From assembly GCA_000002445.1 (NCBI GenBank), contig CH464491.1, positions 2,016,001-2,080,000 of the forward strand: 64,000 nt of DNA, read 5' to 3'. The translations under genes were made by a program, and so were the position numbers. Position 1 is the first letter of the stretch; each line of letters opens with the position of its first letter. This DNA is from Trypanosoma brucei (lineage: Eukaryota). This document shows, piece after piece, positions 53,621 through 62,655 of the stretch. The notes beneath the pieces were generated by a model. The model ran no database searches, was not told the origin of the DNA, and saw only the letters and a program-made list of their open reading frames with translations.

Positions 53621-55420
53621 ATGAGTAGGGATCGTGGTGGTATAGAGCTTGTTTCTCATGGCAGAGGGGTACGTGACTGCTTCGAAGAGAATGAAAGCGC
53701 TTCTGATGCGCCTGATGGTGGCATGGAGTGGGTTTCCAGTGGGGACGCATCCGAGGAATGTGTTAACGACGTTGACGACATTTATAGTAACCGCGATGAT
53801 AGTGGCGCTGATGAGGAAGGAAACGAGTTTGGGCGAGAATATGAGGACGACAGGGGTGAGTTCCGCAGTGGTTTTGCGACAGCATTCAGCAACATTTTAG
53901 CCCGTGACCTGGAAATTCAACAGAGACACTGCCAACAGGTGGAAGGGGCTGGTGTTGACGTTAATCCAAGAGTTGCAACCGCCGACGGCCAGGTGGCAAC
54001 GGCGGGAGCGAAGGAGAAAATTTGCTGCATTTGCAAGGACAAATCTGTTTATACATGCCCTGGCTGCGGTGCCCGGACATGCAGCATGACGTGTGTGCGT
54101 GTTCATAAGGCGCAGTTCAATTGCAGTGGGGAGCGCAATGTTGCCGAGAAAGTGCCCCTAAGTGAGTTCACAGATAAGCAACTTGAACGCGACTTCCACT
54201 TCTTGGAGGACACACGTCGCGTGATAAGTAATTGTGAGCGCACGTTTCCAAAAATGTGGCGCTACACTTTTAGGGCGCTTCCTCCCCCACTTTATGCCCT
54301 ACGAAAGGCTGCAAAGCAGCGAGGAGTTGTATGCCAAATAACCTCCGAGGGAATGTCTAAGCGTGACGCAAACACATCCCGGTTTGATCGCAGGACAGAA
54401 ACGATCATCTGGCGTTGCCAGTTTAACTTCCACACCCCCAATTTCACCGTATCCACAGACTGGGGAAATGAAAGGCACAAACTTGGCGATATTTTGACGT
54501 ACTGCTGGGCTAAAAATCCACCGGTCCACTGTTTTCACATTAATCGAAGGTACAACCGTGCCTCCAAGTGGATTGGGATTGAGGGAGAAAGGGAAGGGAA
54601 AGAAGTGGAACGGGAAGAAGAAGGGGAAAAGGACAAGGAGAATGTTGAAAATGGAAGGGAAGAGAACGAAAGTGTGGAATTCAGGTGCTCCGGTGCCAGT
54701 GACACTTTAGCCGACATCAGTACAAGAAAAGAGGACTCAAATGATGAGGATGGTGCCGTCGGACCTCTGTTCGTCGAAGTGGGTGACAAACAACAGCAAC
54801 AACAAGTATGGAAGCCGTCAGTACTGGACATTAGTCCCCAGTCGCCCGAGGAAACTAAAAGTAAAGAAACTGTTTCTGCGTTCCTCTCTCTGGGTCCCGT
54901 CATTATTTTAGCGCAGGCAGAGCGACTCGGACTGGAGAAGAAGTATTTTCGGCTTTCCCCATCTCAAACCCTCAATGAGACATTGCGTACCCTCTTCTTC
55001 ATCAATGAGTTTCCTGTGTTCGAAGTCATTCATGCATCAGATCTCGAGTCCTATGCTCTGGTCACGGATGCTGACAAGGAGCGGATACGCGAGAGTTTCC
55101 GTGCAGCTCCACGTCCAACGAAGCCGGAGCGCCCACCGCGTCCAACGAAATCAACCTTGACACCGGAGGAGCGTGACCGTTATGCTCAGGTGCCGTGCCG
55201 CCTCTTTCTCGCGGGGTGTTGTAAACTCGGTGAAGAGGAGTGCCCGTACAGACACTGTGAATATCAGGACGTCCCGGTTTGCCGTAGTTTCATGAAGTTC
55301 GCTTCCTGTGAAAAAGGCAACCGGTGCGTGTTTCGGCACGATGCCACCGCCGTAGCGACGGCAAGGAAACGAATGCGAGAGGAGCGCCAGGCTGTACAAC
55401 TAGGCAGGCGGCGTTTTTAG
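53621..55420 (+). CDS. Zinc-finger protein with an N-terminal HIT-type zinc finger and two C-terminal CCCH zinc fingers
   Basis: The track start at 53567 is TTG; the first ATG is at 53621. zf-HIT 'CCICKDKSVYTCPGCGARTCSMTCVRVHKAQFNC'. C-terminal CCCH pair 'CRLFLAGCCKLGEEECPYRHC' and 'CRSFMKFASCEKGNRCVFRH'. Acidic, low-complexity middle region. Confidence 0.75.
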   Translation: MSRDRGGIELVSHGRGVRDCFEENESASDAPDGGMEWVSSGDASEECVNDVDDIYSNRDDSGADEEGNEFGREYEDDRGEFRSGFATAFSNILARDLEIQQRHCQQVEGAGVDVNPRVATADGQVATAGAKEKICCICKDKSVYTCPGCGARTCSMTCVRVHKAQFNCSGERNVAEKVPLSEFTDKQLERDFHFLEDTRRVISNCERTFPKMWRYTFRALPPPLYALRKAAKQRGVVCQITSEGMSKRDANTSRFDRRTETIIWRCQFNFHTPNFTVSTDWGNERHKLGDILTYCWAKNPPVHCFHINRRYNRASKWIGIEGEREGKEVEREEEGEKDKENVENGREENESVEFRCSGASDTLADISTRKEDSNDEDGAVGPLFVEVGDKQQQQQVWKPSVLDISPQSPEETKSKETVSAFLSLGPVIILAQAERLGLEKKYFRLSPSQTLNETLRTLFFINEFPVFEVIHASDLESYALVTDADKERIRESFRAAPRPTKPERPPRPTKSTLTPEERDRYAQVPCRLFLAGCCKLGEEECPYRHCEYQDVPVCRSFMKFASCEKGNRCVFRHDATAVATARKRMREERQAVQLGRRRF

Positions 55421-56252
55421 CATATTATATAGTGTTATGGTGACTAGGCGCACCAAATAATTATATGAACAGCAAATCTTATTAATACAAATTCACATGC
55501 ACTCGCATGTATATGTATTAATAGGATTTGCCTTTGCGGCGGGTAGTGCGGCTTTGCTCGTGCTAAATGGGCTGCTACGGCATCGGAGGTACTGTGTTGC
55601 TGCTACATGTGGAAATATAGTGAAAATTAAAAAAGAAAACCGAGAACCGTGTTGACGGTTCGTTGGAGGTGTCTATGCGAGGTGAGTTACAGCACTCAGC
55701 CTTTCAGAATGTTGTTGGATCATAAGCGTTTAAAGAAGTTAACAGTAACATCGGCATAGTAGCATTACGAATTGTCGGTTGTTATACTTACATAAAAATC
55801 TCCACAGCTTTTATAACGTTGTCTCAACCATATAAAAGTGTTCACCGGAGCAACTGGTGTGTGTCCTCTTCTCTCTTTTCCATCCGTTTGAGCGCTGCAC
55901 GTTAAGTTTATACGACGCAAATTTTCTGCAAATTTCCGATCGCAGCCACTCTCGTCTGTGAAGCTGTTTTTTTTGTTCTTAGTCTTTAAGAGAAAATACT
56001 GTATCTATTCAACTTCATCTGTTGCTGCGTTAGTATAAGGATGGGCGCATCACCCACACGCCTCTTCTATGTTTTTCTCTTGTCCTTTCTGTAGTAAGTT
56101 GGCTGCGCAACACCTGTGTGCATTAGGGGTTTATTAAGAGAAGGGTGTATCATAGCCTGCACGGTTGCAGCACCAGCAGGATCAAAAGGAAAGTGCACGG
56201 GTACGGCAAACAGCGGTGTTGGACGCGGCAAGAAGTAGAGTAGGTTAAGAAG

Positions 56253-57170
56253 ATGGGGTCAGACGATAGCGAACTAGAGGTGCTACAAGATCCCTCATCA
56301 TACACCAAGTCAATTCAAAAGGATAATGGCGCACGTTGGGTGCGTGGCCTAACTCCCATTGAAACCAATGATTCGGTGAAACTTACCACAGCGCCCTCTT
56401 CAACACGCAGTTGGGTTTTACGCTGCATGAGGCACTGGCTGCTGGTGCCGGTTATATTGGGTGTCTGTTGCCTCCTTGCCTTGGCCATGGACATGGCTGA
56501 TATGTGGATGACACATGGCACCACTTACCTTGAAAGGAGGCGTCACCCTTTAGATTTCCCGTTAAATGAAGATGAGTTGCGTGGGTTCACTGCGTTACAG
56601 GGGGAGAGCTTAATGCATCATTTGAGCCGAGTCCGACGTATTTGGTGTGTTTCCGTCTTATCTACGTTATTTTCCTTGGCAATTTCGTGGAGAATAGGCA
56701 TCGCTGCGCGTGACTTTTTGGCCCTCTGTGGCGTTGGGGTTTCTATACTTTCACTCCTGGCGACCGGGGGGCAGTGGATCCTTTTGTGGACTGCATGTGA
56801 CACCAAGCCAAAGCGCGGGAACATAGAGTGCAAAGCTCCCTTTGTGTTGTATTGGTGTCTTACTGTTGCACGCATGTGTGGGCCTTTGCTTGCTGTGTGG
56901 TTTACTGCTTCGGTATTTGATGATGTGCGGGGTTATAGGTTTTTCTGGAAAATATTTTTGGCACTGCCCGTTTTCGCTTACGTTTCCGGCGCTGCGCTCC
57001 TGGCGAATTGCTGTAAACGTGGTGGAGGATCGCCTTCATGTGATGGTGAGCACGCTGTTTATCGCTGGTGTTCGGTGGCCACGCTGCTTTCGTGGACGCA
57101 GTTAGTGGTATCGTGTTGGGCACAACACCGATTTAACGTTGTGCTCATGGTGAAGCCACATAACGAGTAA
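56253..57170 (+). CDS. Hypothetical polytopic membrane protein (305 aa)
   Basis: ATG at 56253. At least six predicted hydrophobic segments (e.g. LLVPVILGVCCLLALAM, VLSTLFSLAISWRIGIA, ILLWTAC..., FLALPVFAYVSGAALLA). Confidence 0.5.
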   Translation: MGSDDSELEVLQDPSSYTKSIQKDNGARWVRGLTPIETNDSVKLTTAPSSTRSWVLRCMRHWLLVPVILGVCCLLALAMDMADMWMTHGTTYLERRRHPLDFPLNEDELRGFTALQGESLMHHLSRVRRIWCVSVLSTLFSLAISWRIGIAARDFLALCGVGVSILSLLATGGQWILLWTACDTKPKRGNIECKAPFVLYWCLTVARMCGPLLAVWFTASVFDDVRGYRFFWKIFLALPVFAYVSGAALLANCCKRGGGSPSCDGEHAVYRWCSVATLLSWTQLVVSCWAQHRFNVVLMVKPHNE

Positions 57171-57914
57171 GCGGAGCATGGGGTTGTACTGCCAAGGAAA
57201 TGTAAGGAACGGACATAACACTGAAGAGTGCATTGTTACAATCAGAAGCCTGAACTATGCGGAAAGTGTGCACTCCAATAGCTAGCGTGTCGTGTCGTGT
57301 CGTATAAATCTACACTCCTTTGTTCTTGTCGTGGGTTTCATATTTACACATGACTTCGTTTTCTTCTGCAACGTTTCTCAAACGTTTTAGCGACGCATAT
57401 GGTGATGGTGGTACCCGGTAGTTATGGAAATAAGTTGTTTCGCTCTTTTCCGCGCTGACACACTCTCACGGAGCTGATGCGCGGCCACGTTTGGATGATT
57501 GTGTTGCTTTGAACGGCCTTCATTCGAGCTGTCGGTCTCGTGGAAATGTTTCGAGTTGCCGCGGATGGTGCCTGAATCATAATTTTCACTGAGCCCTTTT
57601 GCTGCCGTGGTGTAACTTTGTGTTTACGACCGTATGCGACCTAAACTTTTTCTGGTTATCCCCATGACTCTGGTGACCCAGTACCTGTCTTCAACCTCTG
57701 GCAATTTCTGTTAACGAACCTTTAGGTCGGCGTCTTCGAATGCTCCGCCCTGTCTTCCTTATCTGCGCGGAAATGAAAGTCCGATATGAGACGCCTATTT
57801 GTTTTCTTTACGCATTTATTTGTTTTGTGCCCCCTATTCTTATTTACTTTTTGTTTTTTTGCCTTTTGTCACATCGTATACTTGGGGCCTGAACAGGCGG
57901 GGACTGGCCGAAGT

Positions 57915-58925
57915 ATGGCAACCCATCTCATTCCGACGGCTGCGGGCGCGGGTTTAGCATTGCGGCTCTTAGACTGTTCGGCGTGTGCACTCATGAACTC
58001 TTTATCAGGATGGAAGGTCACACTTGAGGGTCGTCGCGATATTGCCAACTTCTCCCTTGACATAATAACGGGTGGAATGATGATTGGTGGGGCGGCCGAA
58101 ACGCTTGTGCCTTTTCGACTACTTGAAACCCTCCACCAAACGTTTGATGCACCTTATTCTGGTGGTACATCACACAAAGCTGCGTGGGATGCCGTACCAA
58201 GGTATGATCAGTTTGTTGTTTTGATAGCCCCATGCGATGTCCCGCAACTCATACAGAAGTTTCCTCTCTACAAGAAGGTGTGCTTGTGTGTTCCCTCGGG
58301 ACCACTTTGCTCGCGTATGCTTTTTGAGAAGTACTTGGAAGAGTTCTATGCGGAGGAATTCAACCCCGCACTATCTGCGTTGGCGGACATGGGCGGCTAC
58401 AAATGCACCGCGTGGCTACGGTCCTCGCTTACATGCCGCTACGAGGGACTTTACGTACCGGGTGTGCGTGTAGCAGAGGCTGCCGCGAGGTTACTAAGCT
58501 GCGATATCCTTGGCGAAGGCGGTGGTTGTTCCTGTGAGCGTGTGGTATTTGAAGAGGGAATCTTTGGTCTAACGCCCCGCTGGCTGGAAACCGTAATGAA
58601 AACGGCGGCATCATGTGGCGTTCCAATGAGGTGTGTGATGTTGGCGCTCTGCCGCGGTGAGAGTGGAAATGTCGGAGAAAACTACGTTCTCTCCAAGGCT
58701 ATGGAAGTGGGCATCGACACAATAGCCGTAACAGCTGTTCCCACTCCTCTTTTTCCAGGCACAGAGGGGCTTCTGGGAATCGATGATGTCCGAACCTTCG
58801 TGTCAGGGTGGAACGACGCGGGAAACGCGGCCGCCTCCCTTGAAGAACTCGAGTTGGTGGATGATTGTGTGGAGTACTGCGCTTTGGTGCGGAAGCAATG
58901 GCAGTCGTTGATGCCAACGATATAA
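57915..58925 (+). CDS. Hypothetical protein (336 aa)
   Basis: The track ORF begins at 57786 inside a polypyrimidine tract, so its first 43 codons (FVFFTHLFVLCPLFLFTFCFF) are probably untranslated. Start placed at the ATG at 57915 (MATHLIPTAAG...). No recognisable motif. Confidence 0.5.
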   Translation: MATHLIPTAAGAGLALRLLDCSACALMNSLSGWKVTLEGRRDIANFSLDIITGGMMIGGAAETLVPFRLLETLHQTFDAPYSGGTSHKAAWDAVPRYDQFVVLIAPCDVPQLIQKFPLYKKVCLCVPSGPLCSRMLFEKYLEEFYAEEFNPALSALADMGGYKCTAWLRSSLTCRYEGLYVPGVRVAEAAARLLSCDILGEGGGCSCERVVFEEGIFGLTPRWLETVMKTAASCGVPMRCVMLALCRGESGNVGENYVLSKAMEVGIDTIAVTAVPTPLFPGTEGLLGIDDVRTFVSGWNDAGNAAASLEELELVDDCVEYCALVRKQWQSLMPTI

Positions 58926-59246
58926 ACGAACAGTGCCTGTGACAGCTGCCACTGTCAGTCATTTCGGTATGTCGCGTAAATATCCTTGATGTGTACATTT
59001 GCGCATTCACTGTGGTAGCCGTTGTTGTCGAGATTATTAACGAATTTCTTTGGTGTTGTCGTGCTGTTTCCTGCTGCTGATTCCATCCTAATCGTGTTCA
59101 TCGGGAGACTATGAAGAACTGTGTCTTTCCGACTTCATGTTATCTTATGATTCTTAACGATACACTTCGTTGTCGTTGATATCGTCCTTAAGTGCATGTG
59201 CAACTGGTGTCCGATTAACTGTCCTACGTCATGATAGAACCGATTA

Positions 59247-59285
59247 ATTTTTGCTTTTCCCCCCCTCCCACACACACATTCGAAG
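59247..59285 (+). promoter_or_regulatory. Polypyrimidine tract with AG upstream of RRP44
   Basis: The tract 'aatttttgcttttccccccctcccacacacacattcgaag' lies immediately before the ATG at 59286. Confidence 0.5.
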
Positions 59286-62204
59286 ATGTTTACGAAAAAA
59301 CGACTGGCTGTGCATCAGGTCCGCAGCTCTGCCACGCGGCGCACTGCGAGTGGCATCACTCGCAATGATATCGGGTGTGGTACTGTTGGTTGTAAACTCT
59401 GTGCCTCAACGGCATGTCAAAACAGTGGCAACAGCAGCTCACTCGTCCCAACAGCACCCATAATGATCCCCGACGCCGTCACCATCCTACATAATATGAA
59501 TGCTATGGAGGATGCCCGAATACAGAATATTGTTCTGCTCTCCACCGTCATGTCGGAGGTGCAAGAGCGCAACAAGGCCATATATGCGCGACTCCAGCGT
59601 TTGGTAGGTGGTGAAAGAAAGCAGTGCTACGTCTTCTCAAACGATCGCCACGAGCAGACTCATTGTGTGATGCAGAGCGAAGAAACGCGGAGCGACTTCA
59701 ATGATCGTTGCGTTCGTGTGGCAGGTCGATGGTACGCACAGCATCTTGCCCTCGCCTTCCCAGCCGTAACGGGCGTAGCGGAGATTCCAAGCGTTGTGTT
59801 AGTTTCACATGACAAACTACTGCAGAGTGCACCTAATTCAGCGCAGGCTGAGGAAAATATCTCTAACCTTTCGTGCCTCACACTGCGACAGTTTTTAGAG
59901 GGATGCGTAACGGCTGGAACGGACTTGCTGGAGATGATACAACCCGACAGACCAGTGGAAGGAAAGGAACAGGGATCAGCGAGAGCGCTGTTTTCCCCAC
60001 ACCTCGCCGAGAGTGCCTTGGATCTTGGGGTTCAAAATGGTACGTACCTTCGTGGAAAGCTGCGTGTTAGCGAAACGAATTGTTTTTTTGGCGAGATCCG
60101 CGGGCAATGGAAGGGGCACAACTTCGAGCGGGTGCTGCTGCCCGGACGGACGAACCTCAATCGTGCCATTCATGGGGACATTGTTACGGTGGAGTTACTT
60201 CCGGTGGCTTCGTGGCGCCCTTTGAGGGGTGCGAAACCAACGGAAGAGATGAACGATACCGGTGCAGGCGGTGATGATCACGAAAATAGCGGTCGTGAGG
60301 GTATCGGTGAGGAGTCAGAAGGAGCAGCACTGGCGCGTGGCTACACGCCCGTTGGCCGAGTTGTCGGCATCACCACCATGAACCGACGCCCCTTCTGTGG
60401 CAGCATCGATGTTGAAGAATTGAACAAACTGGCAGATACGTTGGACACGCTAACAGGTACGGTGAGTGTGCTGTTTCAGCCGAAGGACAATCGCATCCCC
60501 CGCATCCGTATTACTACGGCTCATCTAGGGGCTCTAAAGGATAAGAGGTTAAGTGTTATTATTGATGACTGGGGGGAGCACAGCAGCTTCCCCGTGGGTC
60601 ACTACGTTGAGGTCCTCGGTACTATTGGTGACAAGGACACGGAAGCAAAGGTGATCCTTCTGGAGAATGACATACCGCACTATGACTTTAGCGAGGCGGT
60701 GTATGACTGCCTTCCAAAGGGCGAGTGGAACGTCACTGAAGAGGAACTTGGCAACCGGTTGGATCTTCGCGACCTCTGCGTTGTCAGTGTTGATCCACTT
60801 GGATGCCGAGATATCGACGATGCGCTTCACTGCCGCAGAGTGAATGGAAACCACTTGGAGGTCGGCGTTCACATCGCCGATGTTACGCACTTCCTGAAAG
60901 AGGGCACCGCGATGGACGAGGAGGCGGCGAAGAGAAGCACAAGTGTGTATCTCGTAGATAGACGTATCAATATGCTCCCTCAACTTCTCACGGAAAACTT
61001 GTGTTCTATTGTTGCTGACGAGGACAGATATGCATTCTCAATTATGTGGGAGTTTGATGAGAATTACTCTGTAGTACGTGAGTTCTTTGGGAAGACGGTA
61101 ATCCGTTCTCGTGCTGCACTTTATTACGGTGATGCACAACGTATGATCGACGACCCTGAGGATGAGAGTGAGGCTGCTGTTTCCCTGCGGTATCTCATGC
61201 AGCTGAGTCGTCACTTCAGGAAAAGGCGCGAAAAAGACGGTGCCCTGTTCTTGTGTTCGCAGGAGTTTAAGTTTAAGGTTGACAACGATCACGTGAATCC
61301 AACGGACATGCAAGCATATCAGACTTTTGATTCTAACTCGATGATTGAGGAATGGATGCTTTTCGCCAATGCAGCGGCGGCACGGCGCGTGTACGCCAGT
61401 TTTCCTCGGTGGACCCTCCTGCGTCGCCATCAGGCCCCCGCTGAGAATGCTTTCGACACGCTGAATGAGGCAATACGTAGGAAGATTGGTCTGAAACTCG
61501 ACGACACCACATCCCTTGCGTTAAACGAATCGTTAGAGAAATGTGTTGATCCATCTGATCCCTATTTCAACAGGCTTATCCGCACCCTTGTCACTAGATG
61601 TCTGCGTCAGGCACAGTATTTTTCAAGTAGCGAGGTGTCGAAGGACGAGTTTCACCATTTCGGTCTTGCCATGCCTATTTACACGCACTTTACCTCCCCT
61701 ATTCGTCGGTACGCGGACGTAATTGTGCATCGGCAGCTTGCAGCAGCGCTCGGAATTATGGATGTTAGCGAAGCTCATATGGTTTCCGTTAAGATGGAGG
61801 CATTGGCCTCCAATCTTAACTACCGCCACGAGCAAGCGCAGAAGGCTGGACGCGACTCGCAAAATCTCTTTACAGGATTCTACTTGCGTAACTTCGCAAA
61901 CCAGGAAATACCATCGGAGGACGGTTATGTGGTTAAGTTGTCGGAAACACATGTGTTTGTTCTTGTTCCAAAGTATGGCCAGGAAGGGAAAATCGCGAAA
62001 GAGACGCTGGTTCGCGTGCCCAACTTACTTGATAAGGTGAAGGTTGGTATTGAAGTGCGGCAACGCGGTGATGTGCTCCGGGCTTCGCTAGTCTTTTCGA
62101 TTATTGGTTTAACGAAGGGTTGTGAGGACGTCAGTGAACCAGTCGCAATAGCGGGTGAAGATTTACCGTTGAAGAGGCAGCGGCTGGAGGAGGGGCAACA
62201 GTAA
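59286..62204 (+). CDS. RRP44: RRP44/DIS3 exosome exoribonuclease (CR3 motif + PIN + cold-shock + RNB + S1 domains)
   Basis: ATG at 59286. CR3 motif 'CGTVGCKLCASTAC'. PIN region aligns by eye to yeast Rrp44 (YVFSNDRHEQTHCV...NDRCVRVAGRWYAQHL...VVLVSHDKLL). RNB catalytic motif 'VDPLGCRDIDDALHC'. S1-like C-terminus. 972 aa. Confidence 0.85.
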   Translation: MFTKKRLAVHQVRSSATRRTASGITRNDIGCGTVGCKLCASTACQNSGNSSSLVPTAPIMIPDAVTILHNMNAMEDARIQNIVLLSTVMSEVQERNKAIYARLQRLVGGERKQCYVFSNDRHEQTHCVMQSEETRSDFNDRCVRVAGRWYAQHLALAFPAVTGVAEIPSVVLVSHDKLLQSAPNSAQAEENISNLSCLTLRQFLEGCVTAGTDLLEMIQPDRPVEGKEQGSARALFSPHLAESALDLGVQNGTYLRGKLRVSETNCFFGEIRGQWKGHNFERVLLPGRTNLNRAIHGDIVTVELLPVASWRPLRGAKPTEEMNDTGAGGDDHENSGREGIGEESEGAALARGYTPVGRVVGITTMNRRPFCGSIDVEELNKLADTLDTLTGTVSVLFQPKDNRIPRIRITTAHLGALKDKRLSVIIDDWGEHSSFPVGHYVEVLGTIGDKDTEAKVILLENDIPHYDFSEAVYDCLPKGEWNVTEEELGNRLDLRDLCVVSVDPLGCRDIDDALHCRRVNGNHLEVGVHIADVTHFLKEGTAMDEEAAKRSTSVYLVDRRINMLPQLLTENLCSIVADEDRYAFSIMWEFDENYSVVREFFGKTVIRSRAALYYGDAQRMIDDPEDESEAAVSLRYLMQLSRHFRKRREKDGALFLCSQEFKFKVDNDHVNPTDMQAYQTFDSNSMIEEWMLFANAAAARRVYASFPRWTLLRRHQAPAENAFDTLNEAIRRKIGLKLDDTTSLALNESLEKCVDPSDPYFNRLIRTLVTRCLRQAQYFSSSEVSKDEFHHFGLAMPIYTHFTSPIRRYADVIVHRQLAAALGIMDVSEAHMVSVKMEALASNLNYRHEQAQKAGRDSQNLFTGFYLRNFANQEIPSEDGYVVKLSETHVFVLVPKYGQEGKIAKETLVRVPNLLDKVKVGIEVRQRGDVLRASLVFSIIGLTKGCEDVSEPVAIAGEDLPLKRQRLEEGQQ

Positions 62205-62655
62205 ACAAGCCCAACAGATAGCTGCGCCTTCATCTTGAGACTGGTGGGGCTGTTCGCTTCGAAGGGTGGTGCGCAAACGGTTGCCGGTGATAAGCTTTTC
62301 AGGCGTTTGATGCGAAATGATTTAATCGAAGATAAGTGTAAGTCATAATCAGCTCACAGACGGCCGTTGCCCGCCATTACTGGGCCTTTAACATCCTTTC
62401 CCTCTTTCGCTGTTTTCCCTCTTCTTTTTTTGTTTTTTAGCGCACTGTATTAACATTATTATTCTGATTCCTACTTTGCATACTTCCCCGCCTTTTTTGT
62501 TCTCCGTTGTGGTACCACGCGTGACACAATGCGGATGTAGCTGGTATCCTTCATCATTTGTTTTCGGCATGAATGGGAGGCTGTACTGTTTGATCCGGCG
62601 TATCACCTCCCCACCCGTGGCTACTCGTTTGATTAAGGAGGAATTGTGCTTATCC

